From: Mobula hypostoma
Lineage: Eukaryota
Assembly (NCBI RefSeq): GCF_963921235.1
Contig: NC_086100.1
Location: forward strand, 199,022,001-199,086,000
Reading direction: 5' to 3'
Length of the DNA stretch: 64,000 nt
A program made the translations under genes and the position numbers. Within the stretch, counting starts at the first letter, position 1. Each line of letters begins with the position of its first letter. A model generated the notes under the pieces. It was not told the DNA's origin and did no database searches. It was given only the letters and a program-made list of their open reading frames with translations. Shown here in pieces: positions 35,025-48,560 of this stretch.

Positions 35025-37565
35025 TAGTACTGACAAAGGGCCTCAGCCTGAAATGTTTATTCCTTTCCATAGATGCTGCCTGATCTGCTGGGTTCCTCCA
35101 CTATTTTGTGTGTGTTGCTCTGGATTTGCAGCATCTGCAGAATCTCTTGTGTTTCAAATGATCAGTGTTTTAAATGATCATAGCGCCTATCCTCTCTGAA
35201 GACGTTCTGATACCCTGTGCCCACACCTCAGTGAGTTCCACACCCGCCACGGCGCTGACCTCTTCTTCTGCCGCCTCCGTCTCCGAGCCTACTTCTTTGG
35301 CAAAGACTCCCCACCCTGCTCCAACGATGACCCCTTCTCCTGTCTTCAACCCTCCCCCTCTTCCTGGACACCCTGCCCTGGTCTTCTGCCTGCTCTGGAC
35401 CTATTCATTGCTAACTGCCGATGGGACATCAACCGTCTGGACTTCAACACTCCTTCTCCAATCCCAACCTCACTCCTTCTGAACGCTCTGCTCTCCACTC
35501 CCTCCGCACCAATCCTAACCTCGCCAGCAAACCCACAGATCAGGGAGGTGCTGAGGTAGTCTGGTGTCCTGACCTCTACCTTGATGAGGCCCAGCACCAA
35601 CTCTCAGACATCTCCTTTTACTTACCCCTCAAACAGGACCCCACTAAGGAACACCAGGCCATTGTCTCCCACACCATCACCAACCTTATTGATTCTGGGG
35701 ATCTCCCATCCACCGCCACCAACCTCATAGTTGCCGCACCTCCCGTTTCTACCTCCTACCCAAAAACCCCCTTGCCCAGGTAGACCCATTGTTTCAGCTT
35801 GTTTTTGCCCCACTGAAGTGATATCGGCTTACCTCAACTTTCTTTTATTCCCCCTGGTTCAGTACCTTGCTACCTACATCTGTGACTCTTCGCGTACTCT
35901 GGATCTTTTCAATGATTTCAGGTTCCTTGGCCCCCATCATCTTATTTTCACTGTGGATGTCCAGTTTCTCTACACCTCCATCCCCCACCAGGAAGGCCTT
36001 AAAGCTCTCTGTTTTTTTCGGGACACCAGGCCTAACCAGTTCCCCTCCACCACCACTCTCCTCCATCTAGTGGAACTTGTCCTTAGTCTAAATAATTTCT
36101 CCTTAGGCTTCTCCAACTTCCTTCAAACAAAAGGGGTAGCCATGGGCACTTGCATGGGTCCCAGCTATGCCTGCCTGTTTGTCGGCTACGTGGAACAGTC
36201 TATGTTCGAAGCCTACACTAGTGACCGTCCCACACTTCTCCTACACTACATGGACGACTGCAATGGCGCTGCGTCTTGCACCCGTGCTGAATTCGTTGAC
36301 TTCATCCACTCTGCCTCCAATTTCCACCCTGTCCTCAAATTCAACTGGTCCATTTCCGACACCTCCCTTCCCTTTCTCGATCTCACTGTCTCTTATCTCC
36401 CGAGACAGCTTATCCACTGATGTCTATTACAAACCCACGGACTCTCACAGCTACCTGGACTATACCTTGTTCACGTTGCTACTTGTTAAAACGCCGTCTC
36501 CTTCTCTCAATTCCTCCATCTCCACTACATCTCCTCTCAGGATGAGGCTTTTCATTCTAGAAAGAAGGAGATGTCCTCTTTTTTCAAAGAAAGGGGTTTC
36601 CCTTTCTCCACCATCAACGCTGCCTTCAAATGCATCTCTTCCATTTCATGCTTGCCTGCTTTTACCCCATCCTCCCGCCACCAGCCTCTGTGTCCGGCAC
36701 ATAATTCTCTAAAACCTCCACCACCTCCAACAGAATCCCACCACCAACTTTCTGCTTCCCGCAGGGATCACTCCCTACACAACTCCCTTGTCCATTCATC
36801 CCTCCCCACCGAACCCCCTCCTGGCATTTATACTTGCAAGTAGAACAAGTGCTACACCTGCTCCTACACCTTCTCCCTCACTACCATTCAGAGCCCTAAA
36901 CAATCCTTCCAGGTGAGGCGACACTTCACCTGTGAGTCTGTTGGGGTCATATACTGTGTTCGGTGCACCCAGTGTAGCCTCCTGTATATCGGTGAAACCC
37001 AACTTAGATTGGGAGACCACTTCATCGAGCATCTACAATCTGTCTGCCAGACCAAGCGGGATCTCCCAGTGGCCACTCATTTTAGTTCCACTTCCCATTC
37101 TCATTCCGACATGTCCATCCATGGCCTCCTCCACTGTTGTGATGAGGCCACACTTAGGTTGGAGGAGCAACACCTTATATTCTGCCTCCAACCTGATGGC
37201 ATGAACATCGATTTCTCAAACTTTTGGTAATACCTCTCAACACCTCCTCCCTCACCATTTCCCATCCCCTTTTCCCTCTCTCACCTTATCTCCTCCCCCT
37301 TTTTCTGTCTTCCATGGCCTTCTGTCTCTTTCATCAATCAGTTTCCCAGGTCTTTGCTTTATCTCTCCCCCTCCAAGTTTCACCTATCACCTGGTGTTTC
37401 CCTCTCCCCTCCTTCCACCTTTTAAATCTGCACCTCAGCTTTTTTTCTACAGTCCTTTCGAAGGGTTTTGGTCCAAAACGTCCATAGATGCTGTCTGACC
37501 TGCTGAGTTCCTCCAGCATGTTGTGTGTGTTGCTTGGATTTCCAGCATCTGCAGATTTTCTCTTG
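35025..37565 (+). mobile_element. Penelope-like retroelement (RT + GIY-YIG endonuclease, probably Neptune type), frameshifted, with direct pseudo-LTR repeats
   Basis: GRPIVS, FTVDVQFLYTSIPH, QTKGVAMGTCMGPSYACLFVG, YMDD, LPFLDL, YYKPTDSHSYL; GIY-YIG motif VIYCVRCTQCSLLYIGET..RLGDHFIEH; Cys-rich linker; repeats at about 35025-35155 and 37450-37565. Confidence 0.92.
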
Positions 37566-37689
37566 TAGCGTCTATCCAGTTGGATTAGACTGTGCAATTA
37601 TTACTTGTAGTTTAACTGTCTCGTGCATGTTTGTGTTTTCATACAATTACCTGTTACATTCTATATTTGACTGAGATGTGCTTTCTTCT

Positions 37690-40600
37690 AGCCCACCGGA
37701 TACAGTGGTCAAACCAGAAGGCTTTTTGATTTATCAACTGGACTAAACTGCGGATTCAAAAAAGGCAAAAGGTGGAGGTGTGTGTTTCATGGTAAACTCT
37801 CAGTGGTGCTCTGATTTGTCGAACTCGTGTTCCCTTGAACTTGAACACCTCACGATCAGATGCTGCCCATTCTTTTTACCAAGAGGCTTCTCATCGGCGA
37901 TCCTCAGTGGAGTTTACGTAGCACCTGCGGCCGACTATAATCAAGCACTCGCGATGCTACACGATGCTGTCCCAAACACGAAACGGTCCACCTCGATGCA
38001 TTTTACATCAGAGTCGGGGACTTCATCCAGTCTGAAGAAAACATTACCCACTTGCAATCAGCATATAACCTGTAGCACCAGACGTCCCAACACACCAGGC
38101 CACTGTTACACCAAGATAAGGAACGCCTACCGTTCCACGCCCAGACTGGTAAATCAGACCACTTGGTTCTCCTTCTCCAACCAGAATACAGGCAGAGGCT
38201 AAAGAGCAAAGCTCCTGCAGGCAACAAAGAAGTGGTCACAGGAGACAGAGGAGTGGCTACAGGATTGCTTCGAGTCCATGGACTAGGTCATCCTCAAGGA
38301 CTCATTTGTGGATCTGAATGAATATACTACTGTTGGAGTGGACTTTATTATAACAGTTGTAGATGAATGCGGCCTGCTAAATGGGGCAGCGTAATAGTTA
38401 GCACAACGCTTTACAGTACTGGTGACTTGGGTTCAATTCCTGCTGCTGCCCGTAGAAGTTTGTACGTTCTCACCATGACCTCGTGGGTTTCCTCTGGGTG
38501 CTCCACTTTCCTATCACAGCCCAAAGATGTACCGGTTAGTAGGTTGATTGGTCATTGTAAATTGTCTCATGATTAATAAAAAAAATAAAAATAAGGCATC
38601 CGTTAGTCTTGCGAGACCATGGATCTGCACCTGGCAAGTCTTCACTCTCCAGGGCGCAGGCCTGGGCAAGATTGTATGGAAGACAGGCAGTTGCCCATGC
38701 TGCAAGTCTCCCCTCTCCACAACACCGATGTTGTCCAAGGGAAGGGCATTAGGACCCATACAGCTTGGCACCGGTGTCGTCGCAGAGCACTGTGTGGTTA
38801 AGTGCCTTGCTCAAGGACACAACACGCTGCCTCGGCTGGGGCTCGAACTCACAACCTTCAGATCGCTAGTTGAATGCCTTAACCACTTGCCCATGTGCCT
38901 ACATGATTAGGCGAGGACTAAATTGGGGAATTGCTGGGCGGTGTTGCTTGAAGGGCCAGAAAGGCCTATTCCACGCTATATCTCAATAAATATCAAATAA
39001 ATCATTCAGACTTCTCCCCGGTCAGAAGCCCTGGATGAACCGTGAGATCCATAATCTGCTGACAGCCAGATCAGAGGTATTCAAATCTGGCGACCAAGAA
39101 AGTTGCGAGACGGTCAGGTACAACCTGCAGAAAGCCATCTCATGAGTGAAGTGACAGTTCCGGATTAAACTTCAATGGTTGACAGTTGTGGCAGGGCTTC
39201 AACACTATCATCTCATAAAGTTAAATCGAGTGACAGAGGTGACAGCAGGCCTTCACGTCCAGATGAGCTCAATACCTTCCATGCCTACTTTGACCGTCAA
39301 AACATGGAGGAGCCATCACAAACTCCCACAGCCCCTGATGATCGTATGAGTCTCCGAAGCTGACATGCGAGCAGGCTTCAGGAGGGAGAACCCATGAAAA
39401 GCATCCATCACAGGTGGGATACTTGGTCACGTACTGATGTACTGGCTGGAGTGTTCTCTGATATCTTTAACCTCCCACTTTGGCAGTGTATGGTAGCCAC
39501 TGCTTCAAACAGGCTTCAATTATACCGGTGTCCAAGGAGAATGTGATGATCTGCCTCAATGACTATCACCCAGAAGAACTTGCATCCATAGTGATGAAGT
39601 GTTTTGAGAGACTGGTGATAAAACATATAAGCTCCTGCATGAGAAGTGACTTGGATCCGCTTCTATTTGCCTACTGGAGCAACAGGTCCACAGTAGATGC
39701 CATCTCATTGACTCTTCACACAACCCCTGGAACATCTGGACAGCAAAGATGCAAACATTAGGACATCCTTTATCAACTACAGGTTGGACTTCAATACCAT
39801 CACCCCCTCAAAACTAATCAATAAGCTTCAAGACCTTGATCTCAATACCTCCATGTGCCATTGGATCCTGAATTCCCTCACTTACAGACCTGTTAGTTTG
39901 GATTGGCAACAACATCTCCTCCACAATCACCATCAGCACAGGTGCACCACAAGGCTGTGTGCTTAGCCCCCGCTCTGCTCGCTTTACACTTACGACTGTG
40001 TGGCCAAGCACAGCTCCAATGCCATATTCAAGTTTGCTGATGACACTACAGTCATAGGCCAAATCAAAAGTGGGGACAAATCAGTATAATGGAGAGAGAT
40101 TAAAAATCTGGCTGAGTGAAGCCATAACAACATCCTCTTACTCAATGTCAGCAAGACCAAGGAGCTGATTATAGATTTCAGAAGAAGGAAAGCAGAAATC
40201 CATTAGCCAGTCCTCATTGGAGGATGAGAGGTGGAGAGAGTTAGCAACTTTAAATTCCTCAGTAATATTATTTCAGAAGACCTGTTTTGGGCCCAGCAAG
40301 TAAGTACAATTACGAAGAGAGCACAGGCAGCAACTCCACTTCCTTAGGAGTTCACGGAGATTTGGCATGACATCTAAAACTTTGACAAACTTGTATAGAT
40401 GTGTAGCAGGGAGTATATTAACTGGCTGCATCACAGCCTGGTATGGAAACACCAATGCCCTTGAATGGAAAAGCCTACAAAAAGTAGTAGATACGCTCAT
40501 GGATACAGTCCATCATGTGTAAAATGTTCCCAAATGTTGTGTATTTAATATTTCAATAATATTTGAGTAACCTTGTATATATATTGGTTGATTAAGCATT

Positions 40601-43040
40601 CTTGTTCATTTAAACAATTAACTATAGGTTTTATGTAAAATTAAGTTAATTGCATATGTCATCATGTCATATGTGCACACCTCGCTTAAAGTAAACTTGA
40701 ACTACACCCATATTCTCAGACTCCCATCAATTCATTGAATTAGTTTAATGTTTTGATGTTACAAAACATAACATTGGTGATGAGGTATTTTAAAATGAAC
40801 CCAAGATGGCTACTGACCTGTTAAACACAGCAAAACATTCGAAATAAAATGAAACGCAGCGGGAGCATCGGTGAGTCATAAAGGCACCCCAGCACGTGGA
40901 GAGGCGGTCGAGGTTAAAACAAAAGCAACCAACACATGTTCTTCAGAAGCGAAAACGCTGCTGAGTTTTGTTAAAGAAAACTCAGATAACGGAAGAATTC
41001 AGGATTCATAAACTATGAGTACCAGGTGATACTAATCACTATATTTAAAAAAATTAGAAGTGGCTGGCCACATCAGAAAGATTGATGAGTTTGATTACTC
41101 AACAGGTAATTGGCTCATATATATTGAGCTATTGAAACAGTATTAAGAAGTAAATGAAATAACCAATGAGACACAAGTACCAATTTTGCTGAGTCCTTTG
41201 GGTTTAATGGCATACAGTTTGCTACGAAGTTTAAACACCAAACCGTCAGATATTTCCTGATATTGCAAAGTAGCGCAGGAAAATTTAGCAGCAAAGTCAT
41301 TGTTGATTACAGAACACTTTACATTTCATAAGCAGGATCAAAAAGAAGGACAATCTATTTCAACGTACATGGCTGAATTGAAGAGATTGTCTGAGCATCT
41401 TCAGTTCAATGATGGGTTTAATAATGCACTTGAGATTGATTAGTTTGTGGGATTTTTTTTAAAATTCTAAAACAGCTCTTAACTATGTAAGCACAGCTTA
41501 CATTCAAACAAGCAATGGAAATCGCTGTTTCAATGGAAACCACAGACAGAGACATAATTGAATTGCAGTCAGGAATGAAGATGAGTATAAACAAAATCGT
41601 GACCTCTAAACAGAAGCCAGCCTGGCTGAACAAATTGCGATACAGTTGTGGCAGGGGCTTACATACACCAAAGTGCAGACTTAAAGGTGAAACTTGCAGA
41701 AAATGCAACAAAGTTAGAGTATGTTGGGCAGACAAAATAAATGGACTGCTCAAAAAGATAAAAAGTCAAGTTTGCAGTTTCAAAAAGAGCACTAATTGCA
41801 TGCTGCTGATAAAAAAAATCTGATTATGATGAGAGTAACACGGGACTGTGCAGCCTTGAGATTTACAGTAAAAAATTAACAATAGACGAACAATATGGCT
41901 TACACCAGAAGTAAATGGCAAATTAATTAAAATGGAATTGGACACTGGCTGTTTCAGTCATTCCAAGTGAGTTTGAACAGCATTTCAAAAATATCAAACT
42001 GAAGCCTGCAGATGTCCAATTAAGAAGTTATACTGGAGAAAAGATAACTCCTGTGGGAATGACATTTGTAACAGTGAAATACAACAACCAACAAGACACA
42101 TTGGGCTGATGTATGGTAAAACCAGGACAGCCAGCGTTCTGGAGGCATGATGAGCTGAGACATTATCACACAAGAGTAAGAAAGCCCTCAGGGCTGAATG
42201 GGACAATTTAAAGTTTACTATGCTGTGGATGTCTGCCTATAGTAGTTGTATTATATAGTATACTGCGAATATAGTTGAGATGCATCCTCTATTGAGTTGG
42301 AGTTTATAGCTATGCAAGAAGTGTTTTGCTTGTTTAAATTGTCAAATAATATTTAAGTATTATTGTACATATATTGGCTGATTAAGCATTCTTGTTCCTT
42401 TAAACAATTAGATAAAAATACATTAATTGCACACATCATCACACTACCACGTGATACAGGTGCACTTCGCTTAAAATAAACTCAAACGACATCTGCATTC
42501 TCAGACTTCTACGGGTTTCTTTGAATTACTTTAATGTCTTGAAGTTACAAAACAAAACACCAAACACTGACCACATCTCCATGTCACAGGGAAGCAGAAT
42601 CCATCATCACGGTTCCCCACCACCCAGCTCGCGCTCTTTTCTCGCTGCTGCCATCAGGAAGAAAGTACTGAAGCCTCAGGACTCACACCACTAGGTTCAG
42701 GAACAGTTCTTACACGAACCTCTGGAACCAAAGGGGATAACTTCACTCAACTTCAACTCCCCCATCACTGAACTCTCCCACAACCTATGGACTCACTTTC
42801 AAAGACTTCTCATCTTACGTTCTCGATATTTATTGCTTATTTATTAATTATTACTTCTTCTTTTTGTATTTGAACAGCTTGTTGTCTCCTGCACTCTGGT
42901 TGAAGCCCCAGTTGGGCAGACTTACATTGATTCTGTTATGGTTATTATTCTATAGATTTATTGAGTATGCCCACAAGAAAATGAATCTCAGAGTTGTATA
43001 TGGTGACATACGTGTACTTTGATAATAAATTAACTTTGAA
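37690..43040 (+). mobile_element. Degenerate Rex1/Babar LINE (APE to 3' tail) interrupted by SINEs (about 38375-39000) and a Gypsy element
   Basis: GGGVCFMVNSQWC, PFFLPRGFSS, DELNTF, CLNDYHP...MKCFERLV, GAPQGCVLSP, KFADDTT, and the family 3' tail. Confidence 0.85.
40535..42559 (+). mobile_element. Internally deleted Gypsy LTR retrotransposon (gag-protease remnant)
   Basis: LTRs 40535-40773 and 42322-42559 (TG...CA), 5-bp TSD CCAAA, PBS-like tggtgatgagg, gag and zinc-knuckle remnants, protease motif MELDTG. RT and integrase are absent. Confidence 0.88.
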
Positions 43041-43051
43041 ATTTATTACTT

Positions 43052-43180
43052 ATACTTACCTGGCAGGGGAGAGACCATGATCATGAAGGCGGTTCTCCCA
43101 GGATGAAGCTATCCCATTGCACTTCGGGTGTGCTGAGACCTGCCATGTTCCCAAATGCGGGATACCCGACTGCAACATTT
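43052..43180 (+). pseudogene. RNU1: U1 snRNA copy truncated at the Sm site (probable pseudogene)
   Basis: ATACTTACCTGGCAGGGGAGA..CCATGATCA.GAAG (stem-loop I), ATTGCAC (loop II) and CCCAAATGCGGG (stem-loop III) are present. The Sm site is degenerate and stem-loop IV is missing. Confidence 0.9.
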
Positions 43181-43529
43181 TTTAAAAATGAAATCTATTA
43201 CATATAATTGTTCAGTGTTTCTTAGTGGTTGCCATTCCTTTTGTAACAATTTGGTTGCCATGGTGGGTATCACATTACTGGAATGGGGGCTATCTGATTG
43301 GTTAATTCGAGCAATGGAATTTGAATGGAATGTCTATCGATACTGATTGGATTAGCAAACTGGTATAAGAGGAGCAAGCCACTGGCTTTTCCCCCTGCCA
43401 CTAAGGTTTCTCCTTCTTCCTCTCACCCTCATGCTTTGCCCTCCTGTCTTCGCCTTCTTTGTCCTCGTGACACTTCATAAATGATTGGAAGCAACAAGTT
43501 TTATGCTTCATTTTTGACTTCTGAAGAAC

Positions 43530-45182
43530 CTTGTATTTAAAACAACAGTTTCCAATGAAGGGAAAATTCTGACAGAAGATGCAGATGTGAGGGAAAGGTG
43601 GCTCGAGCACACCAAGAAACTCTACTAAAATCACGAGAATGAAAACCGTGACAAAGCCATTGACTAAACAACACTAGAACATGAACCAGAGCCACTACTG
43701 TCAGAAGTAGAAAGAGCAATAGAGAAGATTAAAAAGAATAAAGCACCTGGTCCAGACAATATACCAGCAGAACTACTGAAAGCAACAGGCACCTCAATGG
43801 CCCACATCTTGCACTGCATTGTCTGCGCCGTCTGGAAGACTGGCAAATGGCCAACAGACTGGTGCAAGTCTGTCTACATTCCAATTGCCAAGAAAGGGGA
43901 CCTCGTGCAGTGCAGTAATTACAGAACAATTGCATTGATACCACACGCCAGCAAGGTTCTACTCATAATCATCTCCGAGAGACTAAAGAACTACGTAGAT
44001 AGAGACATTGCACTCCAACAGGCTGGCTTCAGGAGTGGCCAAGGTACCAGGGACCAGCTCTTCAACATGCGCCTAATAATGGAGAAAATGAGAGAGGTCA
44101 ATACCCCCTGTACTTCTGTACGCTTCATAGACTACTCAAAGGCGTTTGACTGTGTCCAATACACCAAACTGTGGATGACAATGATTCAACTGGGCGTGGC
44201 ACCACACCTAGTGGTTCTTCTAGAAACACTGTATGCTAAGCAATCCTCCAGCCTTCGGACCACATCTGGCAAGACTGAATCATTCTGCAATGGGAAAGGA
44301 GCCCGCCAAGGCTGCATCCTTCCTCCACACCTTTTGAACATCTACACTGAGATGATCATGACACTGGCAATTCCAGACAACACCGGTATTAAAATAGGAG
44401 GAAGAACCATCAGTAACTTGAGATACGCAGATGACACAGCCCTGCTAGCCACAACAGAAGAAGACCTACAAGCACTGCTTAATAATGTTGCTCTGCTGAA
44501 TTTGGATTGCTGATAAATGGCAAAAAGACCAAAGTTATGGTGATAAGCAAAACTGCAATTCAAGCTGACATCTACATCGGAAACGACAAGGTCGAACAAG
44601 TATCCTTCCTTATATACCTTGGTGCAGAACTAAATGACACAAACGAATGCAGCGAGGAAATAAGGCGAAGGCTAGTAATGGCACGCACAAGCACTACCAA
44701 ACTCTGGAACATCTGGAAAGATAGATCTGTGAGCACTGACACCAAGATACGCCTCCTCAAGAGTCTCGTCTGGCCAGTAACCCTATATGGCTGTGAAACA
44801 CGGACCCTAAAAGCAGCTGATGAAAAGAAGTCGACAGCATTTGAGCTGTGGACATACAGACAGATCCTCAGGGTATCATACATTGAAAGGAGATCCAACA
44901 ATTTCATCCTAGAAAAGACTGGCACGAAATCAATACTTCTGGAAACCGTTATCCAAAGGAAACTTCGCTATTTTGGACACATCGTAAGAACTGATGACAA
45001 ACTGGAATGCACTATGCTTGAAGGCAGAGTGGAAGGAAGCCGCTCCCGGACCTGGATCGACAACATCAAGAAGTGGACCAGCCTCCCCGCCAGAGGTGCA
45101 AGAGGTTTGACTGCCGACAGACCGCAGTGGAAGAAAGTGGTCACCGAGGCTCTGGCAGAGTATGGCACACGATGATAATGAT
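43530..45182 (+). mobile_element. BovB-like RTE LINE, 5'-truncated, RT largely intact (frame break near 44500)
   Basis: NKAPGPD, NYRTIALIPHASKVLL, QAGFRSGQGTRDQ, FIDYSKAFDCV, GARQGCILPP, NLRYADDTAL, LYGCET, FELWTYR, RKLRYFGHIVR, and a (tga)n-like tail. Confidence 0.9.
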
Positions 45183-45759
45183 TCCAACAATCTGAACTGA
45201 TTGTGGTCTGTTGGTGAGGAATTAAAGATCCATTGCAGGGGAAGGCATTAATGCCTAGGGTCCATAGTTTGGTGATGAGTTTGCTGGTATTGAAGACAGA
45301 GAGGAGTGTAGGGCCAAGGAGATGGCATCGATCATAGACATAAATCAACATGTCTGCAGATAGCTGTCCTGGCGGCAATTACAGCCTGTACCTCTGCACC
45401 TTAAAGTGCTGGAGAAAACCACCATGACTTACAGAGAAGAGAGAAGTTGTGATTAACTTTGAAAAGGTTGCAATAATCCCAAACAAGCCGAAAGTGTCCA
45501 GAGGAGGTTCATGAGAATGATCTCGGGAATGAAAGTGTTAACCTATGAGACACATTTGATGGCTCTGGGCCTAGATCAAGTGGACATGGCAAGGATATTT
45601 CCAATAGTAGGTGAGGCTAGGACCAGAGAGCACAGTCTTGGAATATAGGGATGTCCATTGAGAACAGAGATGAGGAGAAATTTCTTTAGTTGGAGGGTGG
45701 TGAAATTGTGGAATCCATTGCCGCTGACAGCTGTGGAGGCCAAGTCATTGGGTATATGT

Positions 45760-47660
45760 GACCCTAATGCGACCCAGACCTGTATCAGAAAACCAGATAT
45801 GATTTGCGGAGAGCTATTTCAAGGGTGAAGAGACAATTTCAAACGAGGTTGGAGGCAACATCGGATGTACGGCAACTGTGGCAGGGTTTGCAAGACATTA
45901 CTTCCCACAAAGCAAAACCCAATAGTATGAATGGCAGCGATGCTTCACTACCAGATGAACTCAATGCCTTCTATGCACACTTTGAAAGGGAGAATATAAC
46001 TACAGCTGTGAAGATCTCTGCTGCACCTGATGACCCTGTGATCTCTGTCTCAGAGGCTGATATTAGACTGTCTTTAAAGAGAGCGAACCCTCACAAGGCA
46101 GAAGGTCCTGATGGAGTACCTGGTAAGGCTCTGAAAACCTGTGCCAACCAACTAGTGGGATTATTCAAGGACATTTCCAACCTCTCACTTGTACAGGTGG
46201 AAGTTCCCACTTACTTCAAAAAGGCAACAATCTTCCAGTGCCTAAGAAGAAGAATGTGAGCTGCCTTAATGACTATCGCCCAGTAACATTCACATTGACA
46301 GTGATAAAATGCTTTGAGAGGCTGGTCATGACTAGACTGAACTCCTGGCTCAGCAAGGGCCTGGACCCATGTTAATTTGCCTATCGTCACAATAGGTCAA
46401 CGGCAGACGCAATCTCATTGGCTCTCCACAAGGCTTTAGACCACCTGGACAACACCAACACCTATGTCAGGATGCTGTTCATCGACTATAGCTCAGCATT
46501 TAATACCATCATTTCCGTAATCCTGATTGAGAAGTTATAAAACCTGGGCCTCTGTACCTCCTTCTTCAATTGGATCCTCGACTTCCTAACTGGAAGACCA
46601 CAATCTGTGTAGATTGGTGATAAGATCTCCTCCTCACTGACGATCAGCACTGGTACACCTCAGGGGTGTGTGCTTAGCCCACTGCTCTACTCGCTATATA
46701 CACATGACTGTGTGGCTAGGCATAGCTCAAATATCATCTGTAAATTTGCTGATGATACAACCATTGTTGGTAGAATCTCAGGTGGTGACGAGAGGGCGTA
46801 CAGGAGTGAGATATGCCAACTAGTGGAGTGGTGCCACAGCAACAACCTGGCACTCAACTTCAGTAAGACGAAAGGGCTGAATGTGGACTTCGGGAAGGGT
46901 AAGATGAAGGAACACATACCAATCCTCATAGAGGGATCAGAAGTGGAGAGAGTGAGCAGTTTCAAGTTCATCGGTGTCAAGATCTCGGAGGATCTAACCT
47001 GGTCCCAACATATTGATATAGTTATAAAGAACACAAGACAGTGGCTATACATTAGGAGTTTGAAGAGATTTGGCATGTCAACAAATACACTGAAAAACTT
47101 CTATAGCTGTACCGTGGAGAGCATTCTGACAGGCTGCATCACTGTCTGGTATGGGCGGGGGGTGTTACTGCACAGGACCGAAATAAGCTGCAGAGAGTTG
47201 TAAATCTAGTCAGCTCCATCTTGGGTACTAGCCTACAAAGTACCCAGGGCATCTTCAGGGAGCGGTGTCTCAGAAAGGCAGCATCCATTATTAAGGACCT
47301 CCAGCACCCAGGGCATGTTCTTTTCTCATTATTGCCATCAGGTAAGAGGTACAGAAGCCTGAAGGCACACACTCAGTGATTCAGGAACAGCTTCTTCCCA
47401 TCTGCCGGCTGATTCCTAAATGGACATTAAATCTTTCGACACTACCTCACTTTTTAAAAAATATACAGTATTTCTATTTTTGCATGTTTTTAAAAAATCT
47501 ATTCAATATACGCAATTGATTTACTTGTTTATTTATTATTATTATTTATTTTATTTATTATTATTATTTTTTCTCTGCTAGATTATGTGTTGCATTGAAC
47601 TGCTGCTGATAAGTTAACAAACTTCACGTCATGATAATAAACCTGATTCTGATTTCTGAT
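45760..47660 (+). mobile_element. Rex1/Babar LINE (RT and 3' end) inserted in a CR1 3' fragment (about 45490-45757 and 47660-47790)
   Basis: [56 protein letters not shown]. Confidence 0.9.
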
Positions 47661-47794
47661 TATATTGAAAGCAGAGGTTGATAGGTTCTTGATTAGTTAG
47701 AACATCGAAGGTAATGGGGAGAAAGCAGGAGATTGGGGCTGAGAGGGACAATAAATCAGCCATGATAGAGCAATTTTGATGGGCCGAATGGTGC

Positions 47795-48560
47795 TGTTCA
47801 CTGTCCATTCAGAAATCCGATGGCAGAGGGGAAGATCTGTTCCCGAAACCATGAGTGTGTGCCTTCAGGCTCCTGTGCCTCCTCCATGATGGTAGTTATG
47901 AGAAGAGGTCATGTCCTGGGTGATGGGGGTCCTTATCGATGGATGCTGCCTTTTTGAGGCATCATCTTTCAAAGATGTCCTTGATGCTGGGCAGGCTGGT
48001 ATCCATGATGGAGCTGGCTGAGTTTACAACTTTCTGCAGCTTTTCCCAATCCTGTGCAGTGGGCCCTCCATACCAGACAGTGATACAACCAGTCAGAATG
48101 TTCTCTTTCATGGTACATTCTAATGAAGTATAGCTGATGTAATTTTTTTATAATTGCATCAATATATTGGGCCCAGGACAGTTCATCAAAGATATTGACA
48201 CAGAGGATCTCGAAGGTGCTCACTCTTTCCACTGCTGATCCCTCAATGAGGATTGGAACGTGTTCCTTCACTTCCCCTTCCTGAAGTTCACAATCAATTC
48301 CTTGGACTTACTGACATTGATTGCAAGGTTGTTGCTTCAACACCATCAACTAGCCAAACTATCTCACTCCTGTGTGCCTCCTGTCACCACCTGAAATTCT
48401 GCCAGCAATAGTCCTGTCATTGACAAATTTATAGATGGTGCTTGAGCTGTCCCTAGACACACAGTCGTAGGTGTAGAGAAGGCAGAGCAGTGGGCCAACC
48501 CCGCATCTTTAGGGCGCATCAGTGTTGGTTGTCATTGAGGAGATGTTATTTCCAATCCGC
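47795..48560 (-). mobile_element. Rex1/Babar fragment (others at about 15480-15990+, 16515-16900+, 18890-19320+, 48570-49250-, 55430-56045-, 56460-56930-)
   Basis: PILIEGSAVERVSTF and related VESILTGCI / HP.H.LF peptides. Confidence 0.8.
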
